This document shows, piece after piece, positions 12,930 through 24,320 of a stretch of DNA of 64,000 nt. This DNA is from Octopus sinensis (lineage: Eukaryota). The position numbers and the translations under genes were made by a program. Within the stretch, counting starts at the first letter, position 1, and each line of letters opens with the position of its first letter. The DNA lies in the NCBI RefSeq assembly GCF_006345805.1, contig NC_043009.1, positions 17,670,001 through 17,734,000 on the forward strand, given 5' to 3'. A model generated the notes under the pieces. It ran no database searches, was not told the DNA's origin, and saw nothing but the letters and a program-made list of their open reading frames with translations.

Positions 12930-14670
12930 AAAGGCCTGAAATTGTAGGGGAAGAAGGGTGAAGGTAGATATTCATCAATTAAATCTACCTCAGTTTGGTA
13001 CAATATTTTATCAACCCTAGAAGGATGAAAGGTAAGTTGACCTTGATGGGATAGAAACACAGAACATTCACTGCAACTACAAAACATTAATAAATCTGCC
13101 AATTTTACCACCATGCTGTAGTAGTAGTAATAATAATAATAAGCCTTATTACTATAGACACAAGGCTTGAAATTTTGAAGGAGGGAGCTAGCCAATTACA
13201 TGGATCCCAATGCTTGACTGGTACTTATTTTATTGACCTCGAGAGAATGAAAGGCAAAATCAACTTCGGTGGCATTTGAAACCAGAACATAAAAACAAAC
13301 GAAATGCTGCTAAGTATTTTGTCTGGAGTGCTGATAATTCTGCTGACTCTCTACCAAGACGATGATGATGATCCTTTTAACTGTAGGCACCAATGCCTGA
13401 AATTCTTGGAGAGGGAGCTAGTCAATTACATTGATCCCAGGGTTCAACTGGTATTTATTTTCATCAACCTCAAAAGGATGAAAGGCAAAGTTGACCTCAG
13501 TGAAATTTGAACTCAGAACATAAAGACAAAATGTTGCCAAGTGTTTTGTCTAGTCTGCTAATAATTCTACCGATTCTTAATAATTATAACAATAATAATA
13601 ATAATAGTAATAATATTAATAGTGGTTTCCAATTTGGTACAGGGGTACTTTTTGAGGGGAGGGGGAAGTCGATTACATCAACCCCAGTACCTGACTGGTA
13701 CTTATTTTATTGACCCTGAAAGGATGAAAGGCAGTTGACGTCGGCACAATTTGAATGCAAGAACTTAGAGACACTCAAAATGCAACAAAGCATTGTCTAA
13801 TGCCAACTCACCACCTTTTAATAACAACAACAATTTCTTACAATCTACCATCATTGTCTTTTTCACCAAATCTATGATTTACTGCTGCATCAACTTTTAT
13901 GGAACAATAACAATGACAATAATGATGATAATTATAATAATGATAACAATGATAATGATTTCAAATTTTAGCACAGGCTCATGGGAGGGATCAGTCAATT
14001 AAATTGACCCCAGTGCTCAATGTAATTGACTGACTCCCACCCTCACCCCACCTGAACCTGTGCCACAATTTGAAATCATTATCATTATTATAATTTTATT
14101 GACCCCAAAAGGATGAAAGGCAAAGTCGAACTCAGTAGAATTTGAACTCAGAGCATAAAGATGAAAAAAATGTTGCTAAGCATTTTGCCCGGCGTGTTCA
14201 CAATTCTGCCAGCTTGTCACCTTAGTAATAATAATATAAATAATAAAAGGAAGGGGAACAGTCAGTTAAATCATCCCCCACTGGTACATTATTTTACTGA
14301 CCATGGCTAGATGAGAGGTAAAATTCCCCTCGAATTTAAATTCAAAAATGTAAAGAGATGGTAAACACATTAGACAGTATTTTGCCTGAAGTTTTAACAA
14401 TTCTGCCAATTCATGCCTTTATAAGAAGAAGAATTAAAAACAATGATGATAATAATTGTTTCAAATTTTGGTACAAGGCCAGCAGTTTTAGTGAAAGGGG
14501 TGAGTTGATTGCACCAACCTTAGTGCTTGACTGGGACTTGATTTTATTAATCCTGAAAGAATGAAACACAGAATTGTCTTAGGAGGGATTTGAGCTCAGA
14601 AATGAAAAGAGTCAGAAGAAATACCAGTAAGCATTTTGTCCAACAAGCTAACAATTTTGTCTGTCCACCA
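12930..14670 (-). repeat. Tandem cluster of about 8 degenerate family A SINE copies separated by (AAT)n/(GAT)n tracts
   Basis: Recurrent GGATGAAAGGCAAAG...TTTGAACTCAGAAC-like motif near 13025, 13250, 13480, 13725, 14115, 14315 and 14565. Confidence 0.8.
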
Positions 14671-14849
14671 TCTTTTGATAACAACAAGAACAATGGTACT
14701 GAACCAAAATAACATATACCCATAGCATTTTAACTTTGAAAAGAATGACTGGGGTAGAAAATGTAACATTCATTTTTTTTTTTCTTGTCAAAGATATTAA
14801 AACAGGATTGAGGAGTTTGTGTGATACCAGTTTAGTCATACTACATTAC

Positions 14850-14909
14850 TTATCATGAGTGCTAAGAATGGTCCCTGAACTAAGTATGTTGTAGCCTCGA
14901 AGTGACCAA
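14850..14909 (-). CDS. Candidate 60-nt internal exon of an unidentified host gene
   Basis: TTTTTATTCCAG acceptor and GTAATG donor; open in phase 1 (xGHFEATTYLVQGPFLALMI) and in phase 2. Confidence 0.3.
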
Positions 14910-15276
14910 CTGGAATAAAAATGAAGTAATAATAGTGATTTACTTAGACAGCACCAGAACATCATAGCAAGTTCACAACATTCACTTACAACAGGAAATG
15001 TTTAAAAAATGGCTTCAGAACTTTCAGGCCAGAGATGAGCCATTTTTTAGCTCCAGCCTCTGAAGTGTTATGGATAAAAGATTAATCACTCTCTGGATAT
15101 GATGTCCAGTAATATTCCCAGAGTATCGACTGTCCATTCCCAGTGACTAAATGAACTGACACACACACAATTAAAAATAATAACTGAAAGAACCCCATGG
15201 CCATGAGATGTATAAATGGTTGACTGATTGCTACCATATCAAGAATGTGCCTAAACACACTGGATTAGGGTAACAC

Positions 15277-15309
<33 letters not shown>

Positions 15310-16569
15310 GTTAATAATAATAATAATATATGAAAGAAGGACAAAGACTTCAGATTTTCTTCATTACTTCTTTTTAAAAGATATTGTACTGTTATGTAAG
15401 ATTACATTTACTCGACTTAAACTTTGAATTCTATTAGAAACTTTTTTTCATGAATAGTACTGAATAATACGAATTAAATATTACAAATTTCATTAACAAT
15501 ATTGGTAATAGTTATTGTAAATAATTATACACATACAGATATGCATACATTCATTAAAAATGTGGGCTGTACACTCATATCTGTATCAATGAAAACATAA
15601 TATACTAAATCAACTACACTTACAAGAAGTAGCTATAATAAATCAATGAAATGATGTTAGTTAGCCGACTGTGATGAAGTGAAATTTCTTAGTCTCTTTA
15701 GTAGCAGAATTTTAAAATATTCCCAAGATTCTGCTACAACATCTTTTAACATGATGCCTCCTTGTCATTTTAACTTGCAACATCATCAGTATCATCAGCA
15801 ACACTACTTTAACCACCATTACCACTTTTGTTTATGCTACAGACTTTTCTGCCTAATTGGTACAGAGAACTCTTCAACCAGTAAGTAAGAACAATTCAAC
15901 AGTCTAGCATTAATAAGCATCCCAATGGTATGTTTTACAGACACACAGACAAACATGTTAAATTTGTGGACTGCGTGATGGCATCAACAACCAGAATTGA
16001 GAACAACTGCACGCACGCACACACACACACACCACACACATAACCACAAACACTGAAGAATAGACATGCAAACAAAAATGAATGTGCATGAGTATATACA
16101 ATGCAGACACATAGTTCTATTTCTTTTAACTACCAAAAGAGATTTAGAAGATACAGACACAGACATATATATGAACGATGAATTGTCTGCGACTGCACTC
16201 ATCTTATTTCTTCTCTCCATCCAGTACACAATGTGCAGTTTTTACGTATGTAACTACAAATATATATATATATGTATATATATATACATATATATATACA
16301 CACACACAGACACCCGTACACATATACATATATACACATATACACCCATGTACACATATGTATTCATGTATATTTATATACTTATATAAACATACAAACA
16401 CACCTACACATATACACATGTATATACATGTTCAAATACAGATACACACATATATTTAGCATAAGAACATGTGTCTATCTGTGTATTAATATGTATGTAT
16501 ACATGCACATACACACATGTATGTATGTATTTAGATGTTTATACATGTATATATTGATAGATATATATG

Positions 16570-16581
16570 TATACATGTTTG

Positions 16582-16616
<35 letters not shown>

Positions 16617-16825
16617 CATGCAAATACGTTTGAATATATATATATATACATGCAAACACGTTTGAATATATATATATATATATACATGCATACACATTTG
16701 AATACATATATATATACATGCATACACGTTTGAATACATATATATATACATGCATACACGTTTGAATACATATATATATACATGCATACACGTTTGAATA
16801 CATATATATATACATGCATACACGT

Positions 16826-16840
<15 letters not shown>
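16570..16840. repeat. Minisatellite of about 32-36 bp, about 7 copies
   Basis: Repeats of TACATGCATACACGTTTGAATACATATATATA. Confidence 0.9.
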
Positions 16841-16870
<30 letters not shown>

Positions 16871-16914
16871 TGTATACAAACACAAACACAGACAAGCCAA
16901 GCAAAATCACAGTT

Positions 16915-17125
16915 GTGGCTAATGCTGGTGTCACACAAATGGCACCTGTGCCAGTGGCATGTAAAAGCACCCATTACACTCTCAAGAGTGGTTGGTGTTA
17001 GGAAGGGCATCCAGCTGTAGAAAACCATGCCAATCAGACTGGAGTCTAGTGCAGCCGTCCAGCTTACCAGCCCTGGTCAAACCATCCAACCCATGCCAGC
17101 ATGGACAACGGACATTAATGATGAT
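16915..17125 (+). mobile_element. SINE family C with (GAT)n tail
   Basis: AAAAGCACCCATTACAC...AGGAAGGGCATCCAGCTGTAGAAA...CAACCCATGCCAGCATGGA...GATGAT. Confidence 0.85.
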
Positions 17126-17242
17126 TATATATATATCTATATATATATATATATAATATATATGTATATATATATGGGGGGAATATGAATATCATACATG
17201 TCTGTGGGTCTATGTATACATTATGCACACACATACATACAT

Positions 17243-17292
<50 letters not shown>

Positions 17293-17919
17293 GGACAAAT
17301 ATATATGTTACATGCATAAACATACAGATACACATATACATGTAAACAAAAAACAGGTACATACACATCACTAAACATAAATACATACCCTTGGAAGTGT
17401 CACCCATCCCTTTAAGCCTTGTTTCCATTGTCTCTTTTCACGTTCTTGTACATTCAGAATATACTCAAACACCTCATCTCTAGCATCTGTCTATCATTCC
17501 AGCATTACTCTAATTACATCTATGCAAACTTGTATAACATGAAGTAACCATGTATCTCCCCCACTGTAACAAAATTGGTCGAGACCCTTCTGATACTTTT
17601 GAAGCACATATCACCTCCCATGAAGCTGCCTACCATTCCAATACATTCCCCCCTCAGGAAACAGGACTTTTGGTTTGTCAACATAGATGATAATGTCAAG
17701 CAAAAAATCCGAGTAAACTGGCTGCAAATAAGTAGGAATTACAGCACTACAAACCACACCAGGCACAACAGCATCAAGTGGCAGCCTGGTAACACTGACC
17801 AAATGAAGACATTACGAAGTGTATGTATGTATATCATACATGTCTGTGGGTCTATGTATACATTATACACACACATACATACATACATTTCTGTAAAATA
17901 ATGTGACAATTATTCAATA

Positions 17920-17989
17920 GCCAAGGTAAAACTCTGAGTTTCGGATGCCGAGGTGGAAATCAACAACACCATCTCTTCGGTTATCTGGC
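17920..17989 (-). ncRNA. Type I hammerhead-ribozyme-like motif (U4C core variant) in a Penelope-type terminal repeat fragment
   Basis: Minus strand GCCAGATAA-CCGAAGA-GATG..CATCC-GAAA-CTCAGAG-TT-TTACCTTGGC forms stems I, II and III. Confidence 0.45.
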
Positions 17990-18248
17990 CATTTTTACAG
18001 ATAAATTTCCTCTATTTACATAGTATTGAGGTCTCTTTCTTTCTTTTGTTATCTTACCATTTTTACCAATATATATATATATATATATAAATTAATTACT
18101 TTGCCACATACTGAACTCATTAGAAATAGCAGCTAAAAAAATTTTTTTAGCCAAATTCTAATACTGAATTCGCCTTAAATGGCCCCTTTACATACTGAAT
18201 ACTTGGTGAAATTGATTAATAATTAATTAATTTTACCCTCAATTGTTG

Positions 18249-18286
<38 letters not shown>

Positions 18287-18907
18287 TATGTAGCCAGACA
18301 GATGTATATATATATATATATATATACGTAAAAGTATATACCTTTGATAAAAGCCTACAAAATTTTAAGCTGCATGGGGCTAAATCAAACTGTTTTCAAT
18401 ATAAATATAAGTAACTCTACATGTGTTGAGTGACTCTTTCTTTGGTTTGTCCCCTCAGTTATACACACACACACAAACACACACACACAAATATATATAT
18501 AAATATATATTATTAAAGAATATTACTGACACAGCCAGTTGAACCACATTCAGAAGGCTTAACTGCGTAAAACTTCAAAGTCACAGTCAATAATATTCTT
18601 GTTTCAGAATGAAAACCTTTTAGAATAACAATCAGATTAATATAAAATTCTTAACAGAACGTACAAGCAAACAATAATATACACACACACACACACATAA
18701 CACTATCTATGCAGTACAAAAGTATGTATCTATATGTATACACATGAATATGTATAAATAAATAGATGAATATATTCATAAATAAATATATATAATAAGT
18801 ATATATACATAAATATATATGTATACAAATATATATACATGAATACATACATAAATATATGTGACGGAGAATATATACATAAATATCTATAAATGTATAT
18901 ATATGTA

Positions 18908-18944
<37 letters not shown>

Positions 18945-18959
18945 ATATATATATATGTG

Positions 18960-19340
18960 TAAATTCTTTATCTTTTATTTGTTTCAGTCATTTGACTGCA
19001 GCCATGCAGGAGCTTTGACTTTAATCAAACAAATTTACCACAGAACTTATTTTTGTAAGCCTAGTACTTATTCTATTGGTCACTTTTACTGAAATGCTAC
19101 ATTACAGGAATGTAAACAAACCAACACCAGTTGTCAAGTGATGGTAGAGACACAAACAGACACACAAGCATATACATATATTTGCGACGTCTTCTGTCGC
19201 TTTCCCTCAACCAAATCCATTCAGAAGGTTTGGTTGTCCCAAGGCTATGGTAGAATAAACTTGCCAGGGTGCCACACAGTGGGAATAAACCCAGAACCAT
19301 GTGGTTGGTTAGCAAGCTACTTACCACACAGCCACTCCTA
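18960..19340 (-). mobile_element. SINE family B, near full length
   Basis: Head TGGCTGTGTGGTAAG; tail ATAGAATAAGTACTAGGCTTACAAA...CAGTCAAATGACTGAAAC (rc). Confidence 0.85.
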
Positions 19341-19390
19341 CACCAATATGAATAGATATATATACATGAATATATATGGACAAATATATA

Positions 19391-19509
19391 TTCGGGGTCG
19401 ATAAATTAAGTACCAGTTACGCACTGAGGTTGATGTAATCGACTTAATCCGTTTATCTGTCCTTGTTTGTCCCCTCTGTGTGTAGCCCCTTGTGGGTAGT
19501 AAAGAAATA
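19391..19509 (+). mobile_element. SINE family A, 3' part
   Basis: GGGGTCGATAAATTAAGTACCAGTTACGCACTG...GGGTAGTAAAGAAATA. Confidence 0.85.
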
Positions 19510-19740
19510 TATATATACATAGATATACATAAATATATAAGTATATACACATATATATAAATATATATTCATAATTATATAAATATATACATACATATTA
19601 ATATACATAAATATATACATACATATTAATATACATAAATATATACACATATATGTATATACATATATATATACACACATATGTATATACATATATACAC
19701 ACATATGTATATACATATATATACACACATATGTATATAC

Positions 19741-19771
<31 letters not shown>

Positions 19772-20401
19772 CATATATATAAACATACATATAAATGCAT
19801 ATATATAAATATATATAAACATACATATATATGCATATATATACATATATATGGTGGCTGCCCCCTCGTTATCGAGGATGGCCATTGCACGAAGCTTAAA
19901 CAATGTTGTTATCGGGCAATGCCTGTGCAAGAAGATTTTTTTAAGGTGAGGAAAGGCTGTGCACTGAGTCAATCACACACACTAAGCAACAGCAGCCAAA
20001 ATCTGAAAAGAAGAACAGGTCAACATCATCGGTAACCACTGAGCCGCAGGTTTTATGTCGGAGTCATCCCGGTAACCTGAGTTATCTTCTCCTAACAAAG
20101 GCTAGGAGTCCTTCACTCCTAATGTTTAACCGCGCGATCGGGTATTCAGTCCGATTATTTCTATGTCCGCACGCATGATACATCCATAAGACATTTATTC
20201 GATGGGCGTTGACTCTCAAGAGTTCCTCCGCCCTTTGACGGGTTTTGTTTTTCATCCCACAGGGTGTCCAATAAACATTCTCCTCACCAAGCAAGCTTGG
20301 TGGGGTTGCCGCTTTAGTCGCAGACGACACGACCATTCGACAGGTTGTACTCGGTTACATGTTACCAGTAGCACTCGAAAGTGACCTGACATATATTTTT
20401 A

Positions 20402-20438
<37 letters not shown>

Positions 20439-20510
20439 CATATATGCTATATATTACATATATATATATACTAATATGTATATATATAACATATTATATA
20501 TATACATACA

Positions 20511-20545
<35 letters not shown>

Positions 20546-21230
20546 GAAGATATATACATATATATGTTATATATATATGTGTGTGTGTATATATATGTGT
20601 GTATATAATATATATATATTGTAATATATATATTATATGTCTATATATATATATGTCTATATATGAGTATATATGTATATATATAAATATATGTATATAT
20701 ATGAATATATATGTATGTATATATATGTATGTATTATATGTATGTATATATATGGTATATATGTATATATATGTATATATATGTATATATATGTATATAT
20801 ATATATGTATATATATGTATATATAAGCATATAGATATATTAATATATATATATATGTGTGTGTGTGGTGAATATATACATATATGAATATATATATATG
20901 TTTACATATATATGAATATATATATATGTTTATATATATATATGAATATATATATATATGTTATATATATATGAATATAAATATGTATATATATGAATAT
21001 ACTCTATTTAAAGCAGCAGAAAATTCTACAAAACCTGTTACTCTGAGTTTCGTGTTGCCATTCATATATATATATATATATATTGTATATATATTCTTAT
21101 ATATACATATATATATATATTCATATAATATATTCTTATATAATATACATATATATATTCTTAAATATATATACATAATATATATTTAAACTATATAAAT
21201 ATATATATATTCTTATATATATATACATAT
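19510..21230. repeat. (TA)n-rich compound microsatellite field containing one CpG-rich insert (19850-20390)
   Basis: Directly visible TA/TATG/CATA repeats. Confidence 0.9.
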
Positions 21231-21231
21231 A

Positions 21232-21451
21232 TAGGTTGTGTGAAAAAGTGCCACACCCTAGCGGTTGATGGGAACCTGTGAAAGAGGCAGACCCAGGAAA
21301 AACCTGGGACGAGGTGGTGAAGCACGACCTTCGACTTTAGGTCTCACTGAGGAAATGACTAGAGACCGAGTCCTTTGGAAGTGTGCTGTGCGCGAGAAGA
21401 ACCGGCAGGACAAGTGAGTCCATAACCCGTGGCCTTCTACATGGGATGGAG
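21232..21451 (+). mobile_element. RTE LINE 3' end, little decayed, abutting the gap
   Basis: VKKCHTLAV..GRPRK.WDEVVKHDLR..GLTEEMTRDRVLWKCAVREK, homologous to the relic at 2760-3130. Confidence 0.8.
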
Positions 21452-21551
21452 NNNNNNNNNNNNNNNNNNNNNNNNNNNNNNNNNNNNNNNNNNNNNNNNN
21501 NNNNNNNNNNNNNNNNNNNNNNNNNNNNNNNNNNNNNNNNNNNNNNNNNNN
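21452..21551. other. Assembly gap (100 N)
   Basis: Run of N. Confidence 1.
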
Positions 21552-21855
21552 TCCAGCTGGTTTCCTTGAACATTTTCTCATCCAGGAGTGTTGGCTTCAT
21601 CACTTTGAGCCATAGACAAAGAGACAAACCTGCTCCAAAGAAGGCCAAAGGTTGTTTCATTTGCAGGGAAAGCAATGGCCTCAGGTTTTGGGGATGCAAA
21701 AAGGATTGTTTATTGACTATCTTCAAAAAGGCCTCTCCATCAATGGAGAGTACTATACCAACTTACCCAAGAAAACTGATGGAAAGGGGTCTTGTTTCAT
21801 CAGGACAATGCTCCAGCACTCAAGCACTTGGTTTTAATGTCTATTATGCATGACT
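21552..21855 (+). mobile_element. mariner transposase fragment
   Basis: HHFEP..PAPKKAK..GKAMAS..IDYLQKG..INGEYY..LFHQDNAPA, with frameshifts. Confidence 0.85.
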
Positions 21856-22151
21856 GTGGCTCCTAACTGATTAATAAGGCATTAAAACAAAATGACACAC
21901 CCCAGACACAACAATATATACATATACATATACGGATACACATATATATAAACATGCATACATATAGAAAGATATATATATGTATGATACATACACACAT
22001 ATATATATATCCATGTACAAATATATATAAAGTTATAGACATACATATATGTATATACACATAATTAAATACATACATACACATAATTACAAATACACAT
22101 ACAAATATATACACACATATCTATATATACATACACATGCTTACATATATA

Positions 22152-22372
22152 TATTTCTTTACTACCCACAGGGGGCTAAACACAGAGAGGACAAACAAGG
22201 ACAGACAAAGGGATCGAGTTGATTACATCGACCCCAGTGCGCAACTGGTACTTAATTTATCGACCCCAAAAGGATGAAAGGCAAAGTCGACCTCGGCAAA
22301 ATTTGAACTCAGAACGAAATACGGCCACGCATTTCGCCCAGCGTGCTAACGTTTCTGCCAGCTCACCACCTT
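22152..22372 (-). mobile_element. SINE family A, full length
   Basis: A-box-like TGGCAGAAACG, B-box-like GAGTTCAAATT, core and AAGAAATA tail. Confidence 0.9.
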
Positions 22373-22398
22373 CCTGCTTACATATATACATATATATA

Positions 22399-22562
22399 CA
22401 TACACATACCTACATAACAGTACATACACATACCTACATAACAGTACATACACATACCTACATAACAGTACATACACATACCTATATAACAGTACATACA
22501 CATACCTACATAACAGTACATACACATACCTACATAACCATGCATACACATACCTACATAAA
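22399..22562. repeat. 24-bp minisatellite, about 7 copies
   Basis: CATACACATACCTACATAACAGTA repeats. Confidence 0.95.
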
Positions 22563-22989
22563 TATACATATATTCACACACATGCATACATATATACATA
22601 AACATATGTACATAGATGATGACTGCTCCATCTTTAGAGATAATTGCTACCTCCTTGTGCCACATTGTCAATAGCAGTTCTGACTTTCTGTCCATGACCT
22701 CACAGATGACATTTCAGTCCTGTCGCAGATCTGCATGGCTTGAAGCAAAGGTGATGGACAAAAGATAGACTTCTAACTGTTTAGGTCTGCACACATTGCC
22801 ACTCTTCTATCACCATAGGACTTTCAATAAATGGAATGACAAATGAAGTCACTCAAAAGACACACCTTGTATGTCAGTGGATTATAGTGATATGCAGTTG
22901 TACATAAGTCTCTGTGATTAGTACCAAGTGACCAACCAAAGTAAGATGACCAGCAACCATGTGAAACTGCAGGTTTACATCAGATTTAC

Positions 22990-24048
22990 ATATAGATGAG
23001 ACAGTGTGGATGGATTGAGAGGGAGAAGGATGGATAAAGAGCTGGATAGGGAAAGATGCAGGGATACAGAGATGGAAAGGTAAAGTGGTGCATGGATGGA
23101 CAGAGAGATGGATAGATGGATGGATGGAGACAGAGATGGATTGATAGAAGGAGACAGAGACGGCTCGATAAAAGGAGATGGATTGATGGAAGGAGAAAGA
23201 GAAAAATTGATGAATGGAGAGAGAGAAATAAATGGATGGATGGAGAGTGAGATGGATGGATAGAATGGAGAGAGAGAAAAATAGATGAATGGATAGAGAG
23301 ATTGATGGATAGTAAGAGAGAAAGAGAGAGATGGATAGTGGAGACAGAGATGAATCAATGAATGGAGAAAGAGAGATGGATGGGTAGGGAGAGAAAAATA
23401 GATGAATAGGGAGAGAGAGATGGATGGATGAATAGAGATGGATGGATGAATAGAGATGGATGGATGGATGGGTGCATAGAGAGACATGGAGAAAGAGAGA
23501 GAGAGAGAAAAAGATAGGGAAAGATGCATGGATATAGAGATGGAAAGGCAAAGTGATGCATGGACAAGAGAGAAGGATGGATGGAGAAAAAGAGAGAGAG
23601 AGAGATGGATGGAGAGAGACACATGGATGAATGGACAGAGACAGATGGATAGTGCAGACAGAGATGAATCAATGGAAGGAGAAAGAGAAATGGCTGGGTA
23701 GGGAAACAAAAAAGTGATAAACGGACGAGAGAGAAGGATAGATGGACAGAGAGAGATGGATGACTGGATAGAGAGACAGGTGGATGAATGGATGGAGACA
23801 AAGACGGATAGTTGGAAGGAGAAAGAGAGATGGATGAATGCAGAGAAAACTGAGGAATGGAGAGAGAGAGAACTGAATGGATGGAGAGTGAGATGGATAG
23901 AAGGATGGAGAGAAAGAAAAACAGATGAATGGATAAAGAGAGATTGATAGATGGATGGAAAGAGGGACAGATGGATGGAGAGAGACAAAGATGAATCAAT
24001 GGATGGAGAAAGAGAAATGGAAGGGTAGAGAGAGAAAAATAAATGAAT

Positions 24049-24092
<44 letters not shown>

Positions 24093-24278
24093 GATTGGTG
24101 GATGGATAGATGGGAGAGAGAGAGATGGATGGATAGAGAGAAACTGATGGAAGGATTGAGAGGATGGAGAAGGAAAGAGAGGGAGAGATGGATGGACTAA
24201 TGGAGAGACAAGGGATGGAAGGAGAGAGAGAGAGAGACATGGATGGAGATGTATGAATGGATGGACAAAGAAAGATGG

Positions 24279-24320
<42 letters not shown>

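Noticed and set aside
17380-17820. Possible decayed GIY-YIG fragment (IGRDPSDTFEAHI)
   Set aside because: Similarity too weak to call without a profile search
16066-21189. Many I/Y/C/V/H-rich ORFs (also at 9028-9308, 36930-37333, 46894-47412 and 60587-61123)
   Set aside because: Translations of (TA)n, (CA)n and (TATG)n microsatellites
21258-21853. ORFs spanning the N gap
   Set aside because: Artefacts joining an RTE end and a mariner fragment across unknown sequence
22300-22372. tRNA gene
   Set aside because: A/B-box-like motifs belong to SINE heads; no cloverleaf found
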